From a virus (taxonomy: Duplodnaviria; Caudoviricetes), in IMG/VR virus record IMGVR_UViG_3300032332_000523, positions 1-57,746 of that record: 57,746 nucleotides of DNA. One strand, written 5' to 3'. A model generated the notes under the pieces. That model was not told where the DNA came from and ran no database searches. It worked only from the letters and a program-made list of their open reading frames with translations. Within the stretch, counting starts at the first letter, position 1, and each line of letters opens with the position of its first letter. A program made the position numbers and the translations under genes. Below are positions 7,427 through 16,069 of the stretch, in pieces.

Positions 7427-8925
7427 AGGTCAAAGTACCTTTGGGTGCGGGGCGTGATGATGTGAAGGTTCTTCTTGGTACGAGTGGCCGCAACGTAGAA
7501 CACGCGCAGCTCATCGTCTTGGTTTTCCTGGTAGCCGTCGTAGGTCTTGGGGCTGATGTCTGTGATGAGCAGCACGTTGTCTGCCTCACCGCCCTTGCTG
7601 CCATGGATCGTGCTGATCGTGATCCTGGCGTCTCCGCTGGACAATGACTCGCCCTGTCTTAAGGCGGCCAGGAAGTATTCCTTTTCCTCGTCGCTGATGC
7701 GGTCCAAGGCGACGTGCCAGATGGCCATGGTCTGCAGCCCGTACTTCTCATGCAGCATGGTGATGTTGACCATGTCCTCGGTCAAAGTCTTGAGGCCCAA
7801 GTTGCCGTGGCCGACCATGGCCTTGCTCATGTGGGCGTAGACCAGCTTTACTTGGTTTGCGGAGATGAATTCACCTTTCCTAAGGCGTTCCCAGTACCTG
7901 ATGGCGAGCAATGCCTCTGACTTACGAGGTGAGAACCCTTGGCATTCGTATGCGTAGCCCTCACGATGGCATAGGTCAACCAATTCCTTGAGCATGTAGA
8001 CATTCCTAGCAAGAAGCAGCCATGCTCCTTGGCTCATGTCGACGTGTTCTATGTCATGGTGGTATGTGATAGATCCCCGATGCTCAGCAGGTCTAAAAAC
8101 CTTTTCTCGCCGCCTAGAGACTGATCTAATGATGTCAAAGCTGAGGTCGTGCACAACTGACGGGATTCGATAGGACTGGTCAAGTACGCGCACATTCCCA
8201 TCCAAGGCGATGAAATGATCGATGTCAGCTCCTGCCCAGCGAAAGATTGCTTGATCATCATCTCCAGCAATATATATCTCATCAGCCTTCTCCATCATCC
8301 GTTCAACGACAAGCCACTGTAGCTTTGAAAGGTCTTGAGCCTCGTCCACAAGCAAGGCCTTCAACCTTGGTACGTGGCCTTCTGACCGCATCAACTCAAG
8401 CATGTCGGTGTAATCGATCAGGCCTGAGTTGTCTTTATACTCCCGAAGTGCCTTGCTGAACTGCTCCAGCTCAAACCAGCCTAGCTCGTCGTCATTGAGC
8501 TCTTCCCACTGCTGCTTGAGTGGCACGCACCGGATCCTGGCCATGCCCTCGACGAATCGCAGCTTGTCGCCTTGGGCCATGCCAACCAGCGTACCATCCT
8601 CTCCGGTCTGGCGGCCCGTGATCTCTACGCCTAGCTCGTCGCACATCTCCTGGTAGTGGTTGTGCTGCATGACCTGCTGGCGGCTAAGTCCCAGCTGCCT
8701 AAATGCGAGGCTGTGGATCGTGCGGAAGAACGGCATGGCGTCGGCTTCAAAGCCGAAGCGGGCACGCGCCTTGTCGCGAGCCTCAGTTGTCGCCTTCTTG
8801 GTGAAGCTGATGAACCCGATCTCGTCGGGCTGCACGCCCTTCTCAATCAAGGCCTCGACGATGTTCATGAGCGTTGTGGTCTTACCTGTCCCTGGTGGCC
8901 CAAGGATGATGTTAGGCCGGCTCAT
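7423..8925 (-). CDS. UvrD/Rep-like SF1 helicase
   Basis: GPPGTGKTT, VDEAQD, GDDDQAIF, STIHGSKGGEA, YVAATR motifs. Confidence 0.95.
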   Translation of the reverse strand: MSRPNIILGPPGTGKTTTLMNIVEALIEKGVQPDEIGFISFTKKATTEARDKARARFGFEADAMPFFRTIHSLAFRQLGLSRQQVMQHNHYQEMCDELGVEITGRQTGEDGTLVGMAQGDKLRFVEGMARIRCVPLKQQWEELNDDELGWFELEQFSKALREYKDNSGLIDYTDMLELMRSEGHVPRLKALLVDEAQDLSKLQWLVVERMMEKADEIYIAGDDDQAIFRWAGADIDHFIALDGNVRVLDQSYRIPSVVHDLSFDIIRSVSRRREKVFRPAEHRGSITYHHDIEHVDMSQGAWLLLARNVYMLKELVDLCHREGYAYECQGFSPRKSEALLAIRYWERLRKGEFISANQVKLVYAHMSKAMVGHGNLGLKTLTEDMVNITMLHEKYGLQTMAIWHVALDRISDEEKEYFLAALRQGESLSSGDARITISTIHGSKGGEADNVLLITDISPKTYDGYQENQDDELRVFYVAATRTKKNLHIITPRTQRYFDL

Positions 8926-9187
8926 AGGTCATCTCAAAGATGTCAGGCTTGCAGGGGTACAACTCACCGTTGACGCCGCGAATAATCCAGTCGCCCGCAT
9001 TGCCTCGCATCACGCCTTCAAGGGTATGAATGAAAACGCTAGGCATATCACGGGTGAATTTGCCCATACCCTGAAGAGTCACCGCATTGGACTGGATGGC
9101 TTCTGCCCACCAGTCAGGCGACGCCAAGTCCATGCGTTTTTCTATTTGAATGGCTTCAATGACCACAGGCTTCTTGCGGTATTTCAT
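8912..9187 (-). CDS. Conserved small phage protein (YRKKPVVIEA...TLEG...GDWII.G..GE.YPCKPDIF..TY; PGDYG-like)
   Basis: Widely recurring phage family recognised from motifs; function uncertain. Confidence 0.8.
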   Translation of the reverse strand: MKYRKKPVVIEAIQIEKRMDLASPDWWAEAIQSNAVTLQGMGKFTRDMPSVFIHTLEGVMRGNAGDWIIRGVNGELYPCKPDIFEMTYEPA

Positions 9188-10707
9188 ATCAGGCTCCCAT
9201 TGTTAAAGTCCGGCGTCTGATGGCCCTTGTCTTGGAATGAGAAGGCCGGGATCGACCACACCGTGGCGCGCTTGCCGTTGAGCTTGTAAGTGTGGGTCTC
9301 GCCACCGTAGTCGCGGATGGCAGAGCTGATCTGGTTGAGCTTGAATTCCTTGAACTTCTGCTTGTCGAGAAAGTTGATGAAGTCTGCCAGTCTGAACAGG
9401 TGACGATTGTCATCGCGGTCGTGGAATGGTTTGCCCAGGAGGATCTCGTCAAGGTGCTTGGCCTGCGCCTTGCCGGTGCAGAAGCGTTCGAGTAGGTCGA
9501 TGAACTGGCCCTTGGGGCTGGCGTCCTCTGGTGCCTCGATGACCACCACGTCTTGCAGCAGGGCCTGTATCATCTGGTTCCACTGCGTCTGATTGACCTT
9601 TGGCGGCATGTAGTTCATGGCCTCCATGCAGCGCTTCTGGAAGCCTGCCTGATTCTGCAGGTCCTCAGTTGACAGTGACAAGCGCATCCCGTTGTCCATA
9701 TCAAGGAACCAGATCGGCGGCTCCGTGTTGTACTTGCTCAGTGATGATAGCCTGGGTGCCCCTGAAGACTGGCCCACTCCATACTTGCGCATGCGGCACA
9801 TGCCAGCATTGCAGTTTGGTCGTAACGGCGGCCGGCTGCACGTGTATTGGTAGTCGCTGTTCTGCATCGACTGGATGACCCCCATCGCCTCTGACTCTGG
9901 TAGCGGAGGGTCCATGATGTCGATGTTCATCTGCATGACTAGGGGCTGCCAGTCATCAGGTTTCATCTTCCTTGCTAGAACACACAGGTTGAACAATCCG
10001 TTGTTCCTGGTGCCCTCTGGGAACCCCGATTGAGCCAGTTTTTCAATGCATGGAGGTGCATCCTTGTAGGCGCGCTTCTTGCTTTTGGCTTCGGCAAACT
10101 TGAGCCGTATGAAGTTGGCCTTAGTTAGCTTCAGGCCTTCGGCGTAGGTCAGGAAATCGTCAATCGGCATGGGGCTGCCGTTCTCAGCCACCCCGTATCT
10201 CGACGTCCTGTCGCCCTCGAAGTAGGGCATGTTGATCCAGTTGCCGATGTCGCCGCGTTCTGTCAGCACTTGATCTTGTTTGGGGAAGATCTCGCAGTTA
10301 GGATGGCCTATGACGGTGGCCAGGTCTGCAAGCTTTCGTTTGACTTCTGCAGCCGGTATGGGCTCACTGAAGAACATGTAGATGTGCGCGCCGCCAGACT
10401 TGCTGCGGCACACGACGACAGGAGCCTTGGCCTTGGCACAAGCTTCAACTGCCTCTTTCAGGTCAAAATTCTTGTATTCATCAACATCAATCGCGCCAAA
10501 GAGACAGGTGTTGTCTTCTTTGATCGGCACAATACCAATCCCCTTTGTCCCAGCAAGATGACCGTCCCAAAGCTGCTCGGTGACAGGAGCCCGTTTCGTG
10601 ACAGCTGTCCCCTGTACCTTCAGGCCGGTATTCTTGCCGTCGATGTCATAGGTTCCGTAGGCCCCTGTGTGCCCGGAAAATAACTCCATGAATCTTTGTG
10701 CAAGCAT
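9184..10707 (-). CDS. AEP-superfamily primase (TOTE-like catalytic domain plus PriCT-type domain)
   Basis: GAIDVD (DxD), RSKSGGAHIY, EIFPKQ, GNWINMPY, PPC...EGTRNNGLF. Confidence 0.88.
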   Translation of the reverse strand: MLAQRFMELFSGHTGAYGTYDIDGKNTGLKVQGTAVTKRAPVTEQLWDGHLAGTKGIGIVPIKEDNTCLFGAIDVDEYKNFDLKEAVEACAKAKAPVVVCRSKSGGAHIYMFFSEPIPAAEVKRKLADLATVIGHPNCEIFPKQDQVLTERGDIGNWINMPYFEGDRTSRYGVAENGSPMPIDDFLTYAEGLKLTKANFIRLKFAEAKSKKRAYKDAPPCIEKLAQSGFPEGTRNNGLFNLCVLARKMKPDDWQPLVMQMNIDIMDPPLPESEAMGVIQSMQNSDYQYTCSRPPLRPNCNAGMCRMRKYGVGQSSGAPRLSSLSKYNTEPPIWFLDMDNGMRLSLSTEDLQNQAGFQKRCMEAMNYMPPKVNQTQWNQMIQALLQDVVVIEAPEDASPKGQFIDLLERFCTGKAQAKHLDEILLGKPFHDRDDNRHLFRLADFINFLDKQKFKEFKLNQISSAIRDYGGETHTYKLNGKRATVWSIPAFSFQDKGHQTPDFNNGSLI

Positions 10708-10729
10708 ATTTCTTTCTCGTTTGGTAGGT

Positions 10730-10794
10730 GGGGGTACTCGCTACGTCTGGCGCGATTGCCTTGCGTACACGATACCAGCATCCGCTTTCCCCCC
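10730..10794 (-). ncRNA. Candidate structured leader RNA with loop-E-like GAA/AGUA motif upstream of the primase
   Basis: GGGGG-GAA-AGCGGAUGCUGG...CCAGACGUAGCG-AGUA-CCCCC nested pairing. Confidence 0.5.
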
Positions 10795-10799
10795 GAAAC

Positions 10800-10979
10800 T
10801 CAACTGCCCCTTGTGGCTGCCTTCAACGGAGTGTTAGTCACGTTTGCGGTCTGTGGAGCCACTTTCACCTTAGTGGCAGCGCGTTTGAAGGTAGACTTGG
10901 TAGCCTCACCCTTTACGCCGCCTTGCTTGTGATAGCGACCAGGGCCTTTTTTAGTGGCTGACGGGTTCTTGTTGTTCAT
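10800..10979 (-). CDS. Small basic protein
   Basis: 59 aa, Lys-rich; GAAGGGGG RBS. Confidence 0.6.
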   Translation of the reverse strand: MNNKNPSATKKGPGRYHKQGGVKGEATKSTFKRAATKVKVAPQTANVTNTPLKAATRGS

Positions 10980-10989
10980 GACGCCCCCT

Positions 10990-11763
10990 TCAATAGGGGA
11001 TGTCATTTTCCTGAACCGCGCCCTCAGCTGGCGGCTCAGCAACCTTCACTAAGCCTGCAGTGACGTCCTGACCAAACTTCTTTGCAGCATCGTAGATGTT
11101 GCGGTCTTGCACCATTGACGCATCATTGATCAACCAGCCATACCAGCTGTTGGCATCCTTGGTCTCCATGCCAGTGCCCAAGTGATAACTGTGGCTGAAC
11201 GGGGGAGGTGTGAAAGACTTGTCGCCAACCTTGACCTGCAGTGCCATCATCTGACCGAGCCAGCGGCGGCTTTTCTTCAACTGCGTTGAGGACATGGCAA
11301 TCAGTGCCCGTTCAAAACCGCCGTCAGACAACACCAGCACATAGTGGTAGGCGGTCGTCACGATCAGGTTGCCGTTGGCCAGCACATCCTGATTGCGCTC
11401 GTTCTTCTTGGTCTTCTCCAAGATCTTCTCGTCGGTGTGCTCTTTTACCAAGCCACCGCCTGCTTCACGTGGGGTCCATTCCACGTAGCTCTTCTTAAAC
11501 GCGCAAGGGATCACGCGTACTTCCTTCATCAACTGACCAGTCACGGTGTTGATCATCAGGCCTTCTTCGGCACCAGCGATCTTGGTGACTCCACGAAGTT
11601 CAGGCGACAGGGCCTGCAGTACCTTGAGGTACGGGATAGCGACATCGTTTGCCGAGACGTTCTCGAATCCGAGACCGGCATCAGCCATCATGTCATCTGC
11701 AAAGCCCACTGGCAAGTTGTGTTGTGTAACTGCCACTTCAGTCTTGTCCGTCTTCTTAACCAT
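10990..11763 (-). CDS. Putative single-stranded DNA-binding protein
   Basis: DVAIPYLKVLQALSPE motif, acidic tail ending DIPY, position between polymerase and primase. Confidence 0.65.
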   Translation of the reverse strand: MVKKTDKTEVAVTQHNLPVGFADDMMADAGLGFENVSANDVAIPYLKVLQALSPELRGVTKIAGAEEGLMINTVTGQLMKEVRVIPCAFKKSYVEWTPREAGGGLVKEHTDEKILEKTKKNERNQDVLANGNLIVTTAYHYVLVLSDGGFERALIAMSSTQLKKSRRWLGQMMALQVKVGDKSFTPPPFSHSYHLGTGMETKDANSWYGWLINDASMVQDRNIYDAAKKFGQDVTAGLVKVAEPPAEGAVQENDIPY

Positions 11764-12311
11764 TACTTACTCCTTTTGATCTTAGCGATTTGGCCGATAT
11801 ACACGTTGAAAAGTTCAAGAGGAAAGTCGGCACCGCCTTCCACTTGCTCTTTGACGAAAGCTGTCAAAGTCTGTGGGTGAACACCCATCTTGCCGGAATA
11901 CTCCATGCCCTGCTCTTCCAGCGCGGCCTTGAATTCTTCGGCTTTCTCGTGTTCACCTCGATTAAATGTGAGGGTTACTTCGTCCTTGATCAGCGCCTCG
12001 TGGCCGTTGTCATGCAGCCAAGTAAAGCACTCCTCGCGTTTCTCCTCACTGATCTTGGCGCTGTAGTACGGTTTGACGGTGACTTCACTACCGTCTGTAA
12101 GCGTAAACTTTGCCACTCCTACCTCTGCCATCGCGTCAGGAAGTTGCAGCTCTGCAATGTTCCTAGCGCGTTCTTTCAAGGACTTCAGATATAACTCCGA
12201 CTCCTTTATCTCCTCATCAAGTTCTGTGTACTCTTCTGCAAGCGTACTGATCTTGCCCAGACCGGAAAGCGCTGAACCAGCACTATCGGCCATCATGTCT
12301 TCTTCAAGCAT
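11763..12311 (-). CDS. Conserved replication-module protein (N-terminal coiled coil)
   Basis: LPDAMAEVG...FTWLHDNGHEALIK...VHPQTL.AFVKE; start ATG 12311 with AGGAG RBS. Confidence 0.75.
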   Translation of the reverse strand: MLEEDMMADSAGSALSGLGKISTLAEEYTELDEEIKESELYLKSLKERARNIAELQLPDAMAEVGVAKFTLTDGSEVTVKPYYSAKISEEKREECFTWLHDNGHEALIKDEVTLTFNRGEHEKAEEFKAALEEQGMEYSGKMGVHPQTLTAFVKEQVEGGADFPLELFNVYIGQIAKIKRSK

Positions 12312-12621
12312 TTCTAGCTCCTGTAAGATCCGCCTCAAGGGCGTAGTAACGATGCTCTTGGCGATCCCACTTAAGCATCTTGATGACGCCGCGATTGAAC
12401 CCGGCGGCAATTGCAACGGACAATCCAATGGCTATGGGGTCACCAATGGCCAAAAGAAAATCGCTGTCCGAAAAACCCCTCAACTTATCCCGCAGCACGC
12501 GAATGGTTGGCGCAGTGGCCATCATCACTTGCCCCGGAGGCAGCAGAGTCTGTAGCTCGCCATATTCAGCTGCCGGCAGCAGGTTGAACTTTGGCGAATC
12601 CTGTACGACGTAGACGGTCAT
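12304..12621 (-). CDS. Conserved hypothetical protein
   Basis: MTVYVVQD...DFLLAIGDP...LKWDRQ; GGAGG RBS; ATGA overlap. Confidence 0.75.
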   Translation of the reverse strand: MTVYVVQDSPKFNLLPAAEYGELQTLLPPGQVMMATAPTIRVLRDKLRGFSDSDFLLAIGDPIAIGLSVAIAAGFNRGVIKMLKWDRQEHRYYALEADLTGARNA

Positions 12622-13025
12622 TGCACGCCTCCGACTTGTGCGTGACGCACCGCATATTCCGTGCAAAACGGAGGGACGTTAAACAATAGTTCTTTCATAC
12701 TTTCCCAATCAAACGGCTTCATGCAGCTCCACACTTCGAACAACTCCATGTCACGCTGGATCTGATAGACCTTGATGACATCCTCATTCCTAGCTAGTAC
12801 AAATACCCGTCCTCCGTTGTCCTGGCGTTTACGGTGCCATAGGACCTGTTCTGGTCGAAGCTGACAGCTACCCTTAGCATCCAAAATCTTGAGCTCCAGC
12901 CATAGCTCTGTTGAGTCGTAGCACATGTTTACGTCAGGAGTCCCCCTTGTAAGGGCGTTCTCCATGCGTTCCACGTGGCCTGGCAGCTTTCCCTTGACTA
13001 AAGCCCAGAATTCGCTCTCTTTCAT
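12618..13025 (-). CDS. PD-(D/E)XK nuclease (VRR-NUC / Holliday-junction resolvase-like)
   Basis: MKESEFW...RMEN...GTPDV...WLELK...LRPEQ..W; ATGA overlap with the polymerase stop. Confidence 0.85.
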   Translation of the reverse strand: MKESEFWALVKGKLPGHVERMENALTRGTPDVNMCYDSTELWLELKILDAKGSCQLRPEQVLWHRKRQDNGGRVFVLARNEDVIKVYQIQRDMELFEVWSCMKPFDWESMKELLFNVPPFCTEYAVRHAQVGGVQ

Positions 13026-14884
13026 AGCTGCACCTCGACTGCTTCTCCCCAGCTGGGTCCAAGCTCGCAATCGACTTTCAAGGGCACTACCAAGTCCACG
13101 CATGTCAACATCTCCTGACGAATCATCCTGGCATGGTCCAGGTCCCGTACGCTGAAGTCCAGCTCGTCATGGATGGTCAAATGAGGCACTTCGCCCTTCT
13201 TAAACAAGTTGATCATGGCCATCTTGATCATGTCTGCAGACGACCCCTGGATGACTGCATTCATGGCCTTATGCGCAAAGTACCGCTTCAAGGGCAGCCC
13301 GTACTTTTCTTCAGCCAGGTCTTTCTTCAGCGGTATCAGGCCGGGTGAATACTTAGGCGGCCCAAACAACTGGAACCGTCTACGGCGTCCGGAGAACGTC
13401 TTGACGTAGCCGCGGTTCGTGGCGATCAGCGTGCATTCCTCGCCAAGGGCCTTGATGAACGGCACGTTCTCGTGGTACTGCTGATAGACGCGTTTCGCCT
13501 CTGCTGGAGGCAGGCCAAGTTGCGTGGCTGCCTTTGCAGCCCCCATGCCGTAGGCCAGTCCAAGGTTCAATACCTTTGCGCTTTTCCGACTAATTCCAGC
13601 CATGTCAGCAACCAGCTGATGGTAGTCAGTGTTCGGATCATCAAGGTACCGGTTACGCGCAACATCAGCACCAGGAAAGCCACGCAAGAAGCTGTAATGA
13701 ACTGTGACACGCGGCTCTTGCTGAGAATAGTCAAATACGCCCCACTGACATCCCTTCTCAGGTACAAAGATGCCTCGGATAAGAGGAGCCAGCACTGGAT
13801 CTCGAGCTGGTACTTGCTGCATGTTCGGGTTAGCCGATGCAAAGCGCCCAGACTTTGTGCCACCACGGTCATCTCGGACTTGCCTAAAGGTTGGGTAGAT
13901 TTTTCCATCTTTTTCCATCTGAATGATCTTGCTGTCGATAAATACTCCGCCGGCCCGGTCGAGCTTCCGGACCTTCGAAATCAAGGAGAAAAATTCATGT
14001 TCACTAGCTTCAAGAAACTCACTGGGAAAACTAGCATTCCCCTTTTCAGTCTTTGGGTAATCCAGCTTCAATGCATCACAGGCTGCCTGTATATCGTCAC
14101 CAGACCAGATGTCTACATCCCGCTCTGCAACCTTCTTGAGTTGCTCCGTCAGCTTGCCTTGCTCTTCAAGTAGCAGGGCCTTCACCTTGTGCGCCTTGTC
14201 CAAGTCAATGGGCACGCCCTTTTGGCGCATGGCCACAATGACGTCAACCAGCTGCGTCTCCATCTGGAATACGTCCCACAGCTTCTCGTCGTGCAGCAGC
14301 ACCTCCTGTTGCGCAAAGATGCGGATGGGCAGGTCAGCGTCCTTTCGTCCATAAGGTGCCACCTCGCCAGCGTGAAACTGCCAGAGGTTTTCCTTAACCT
14401 TGCTTGGATGGATCCCACGGCGCACTGCTGCTGCAATCAGCTCTGTCTCATCCTTGCGTTCGCCAAGGTAAGACTCGGCCAGCGCATCCAGCCTATACGT
14501 GATGCGGTCCTCGTCCAACAGCGGTTCGGCAATCTGCACGTCGTACTTTGGCCCGTTGACCTTGACGCCTTCTGTCAGCAGCCACTCCAAGTCGTATGGG
14601 ATGTTGGCCCCAATCTTTGGAATGTCTGTCTTCATCATGTCCCGCAGCCATGCAAACGCGTTGTCAGGATTAAGGTTACCGCCGGCCGCATGACGCACTG
14701 GGTAGTACTCAGCAAAGCCGTCGTCAGTGGCAACCGAGAATCCGACGATGTAGCCATCTCCTCGTACTCCGCCAGGACCCTTAGTCATTAGGTTGGGATC
14801 TCTCGTCTCGCAGTCGATCGCGAGCCGCTTTGCCACCAGAAGATTTGGAAAGTGCTTCGGCGGCTGATATGATGTGTCGTCCAT
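13022..14884 (-). CDS. polA: DNA polymerase family A with 3'-5' exonuclease
   Basis: AIDCET (Exo I), SGRFASANPNMQQVP, DYSQQEPR (motif A), KVLNLGLAYG (motif B), TIHDEL (motif C). Confidence 0.96.
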   Translation of the reverse strand: MDDTSYQPPKHFPNLLVAKRLAIDCETRDPNLMTKGPGGVRGDGYIVGFSVATDDGFAEYYPVRHAAGGNLNPDNAFAWLRDMMKTDIPKIGANIPYDLEWLLTEGVKVNGPKYDVQIAEPLLDEDRITYRLDALAESYLGERKDETELIAAAVRRGIHPSKVKENLWQFHAGEVAPYGRKDADLPIRIFAQQEVLLHDEKLWDVFQMETQLVDVIVAMRQKGVPIDLDKAHKVKALLLEEQGKLTEQLKKVAERDVDIWSGDDIQAACDALKLDYPKTEKGNASFPSEFLEASEHEFFSLISKVRKLDRAGGVFIDSKIIQMEKDGKIYPTFRQVRDDRGGTKSGRFASANPNMQQVPARDPVLAPLIRGIFVPEKGCQWGVFDYSQQEPRVTVHYSFLRGFPGADVARNRYLDDPNTDYHQLVADMAGISRKSAKVLNLGLAYGMGAAKAATQLGLPPAEAKRVYQQYHENVPFIKALGEECTLIATNRGYVKTFSGRRRRFQLFGPPKYSPGLIPLKKDLAEEKYGLPLKRYFAHKAMNAVIQGSSADMIKMAMINLFKKGEVPHLTIHDELDFSVRDLDHARMIRQEMLTCVDLVVPLKVDCELGPSWGEAVEVQL

Positions 14885-15278
14885 TTTTAATCCAGAGTTG
14901 GCCGGCTTCGGCATGTGCGTAAGGTTCGATATACACGATTCGTTGGCAGCTTGTGTTCAGCAACAGCTTCATGCAAGTCATGCAAGGCATCGCTGTGACG
15001 TAGGCTGTCTCGATCTCGTTTACGTCTCGGCATTGGAGGAGGGCGTTTTGTTCTGCGTGAATAGCTTCGCACTTATCCAGGCCAGTGCCCGAAGGAAGAC
15101 CAACACCGGGACAGTGAAAGTCAATGCAATGAGTATGGTTACGAGGAACCCCGTTGTAACCAGTAGCAAGAACGTGGCCACGACTGGATACAAGCACACA
15201 GCCAACAAGCCGCCTTGCGCATGTACCGCGTCTGCTGACCAAAACAGCCAGTTCCGAAAAGTATTCATCTTTGGTCAT
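14781..15278 (-). CDS. dCMP deaminase
   Basis: CARRLVGCV, ATGYNG, HAEQNA and PCMTC Zn motifs; ATGA overlap at 15275-15278. Confidence 0.92.
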   Translation of the reverse strand: MTKDEYFSELAVLVSRRGTCARRLVGCVLVSSRGHVLATGYNGVPRNHTHCIDFHCPGVGLPSGTGLDKCEAIHAEQNALLQCRDVNEIETAYVTAMPCMTCMKLLLNTSCQRIVYIEPYAHAEAGQLWIKNGRHIISAAEALSKSSGGKAARDRLRDERSQPND

Positions 15279-16069
15279 CCTTTCCATGATTTCAGCTCAC
15301 TCAAAAAGCCTTTGTCAACACCAAAAAGCGCAACATCCCACAGATGACTTACCAGGTCGTCGTAGTCCTTGAACTCATCTAAGTTAATCGGAGCGTAGTC
15401 CCCAAGAATCTCACCAGACAAGCACTCTTCAATGCCGGCCCAATCATCTTCGTAAATGTGCTGGCTGGCTGCGTAGAAGTGCAGACAGTTCAGCTTAACG
15501 TGCACGCCTTTCTCGCGAAGCAGTAAAGCCACGCCAGCAGACAACATGCTGAAGTTGAACCAGTCGTAGGGCACACCAAGCCAAGCGTCAGAAGAGCGCA
15601 TGTTCATAAAGCAATCCAGCATACCGTCGCGAACGATAAACTGGCAGCTGATCGTGCAGGGGATGTCTTTTGATTCCCGTGGATTTGGACGCCAGATGCT
15701 TATGACTGCTTGGCGTGAGTCAATGTCATCACACAGACTTTTGACTACATGACCCAACTGGTCGCGTACCGGAGGTCCGTATGCGCCAAAGAATAGGATG
15801 CCGTCATCTGAAAACCTGCTGATGACCTTGCTAAATGGGGCAATTGTGCTGACGCGATTATCGCCAGACATGATCCAAGCAGCCTCTGCGGCCATGAACT
15901 TATAGCCAAGCTTGCGCTCCTTGATCGTGATGACCGGCTGATTCATGTTGATCATGGACTTCATGCCTAAAAGCTCCTTGGTCTTCTTGCCACGAGGGCA
16001 AGCAAGCCGGCCACTGTTCATGACCATGTACAGCAGGTTTTGCCAATGAATGTTGACTGTGTTAGCCAT
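15275..16069 (-). CDS. Thymidylate-synthase-family enzyme, dCMP hydroxymethylase-like
   Basis: SRQAVISIW, DIPCT (catalytic Cys then Thr), MRSSD..LGVPYD (Asp at the specificity site), SQHIYE. Confidence 0.85.
   Translation of the reverse strand: MANTVNIHWQNLLYMVMNSGRLACPRGKKTKELLGMKSMINMNQPVITIKERKLGYKFMAAEAAWIMSGDNRVSTIAPFSKVISRFSDDGILFFGAYGPPVRDQLGHVVKSLCDDIDSRQAVISIWRPNPRESKDIPCTISCQFIVRDGMLDCFMNMRSSDAWLGVPYDWFNFSMLSAGVALLLREKGVHVKLNCLHFYAASQHIYEDDWAGIEECLSGEILGDYAPINLDEFKDYDDLVSHLWDVALFGVDKGFLSELKSWKG

Noticed and set aside
10730-10794. tRNA or known self-cleaving ribozyme (also considered for 5734-5794)
   Set aside because: No cloverleaf or T-loop, and no hammerhead CUGANGA/GAAA core.
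15275-16069. Ordinary thymidylate synthase ThyA
   Set aside because: Asp replaces the dUMP-specifying Asn and PCT replaces PCH, matching dCMP-modifying enzymes better.
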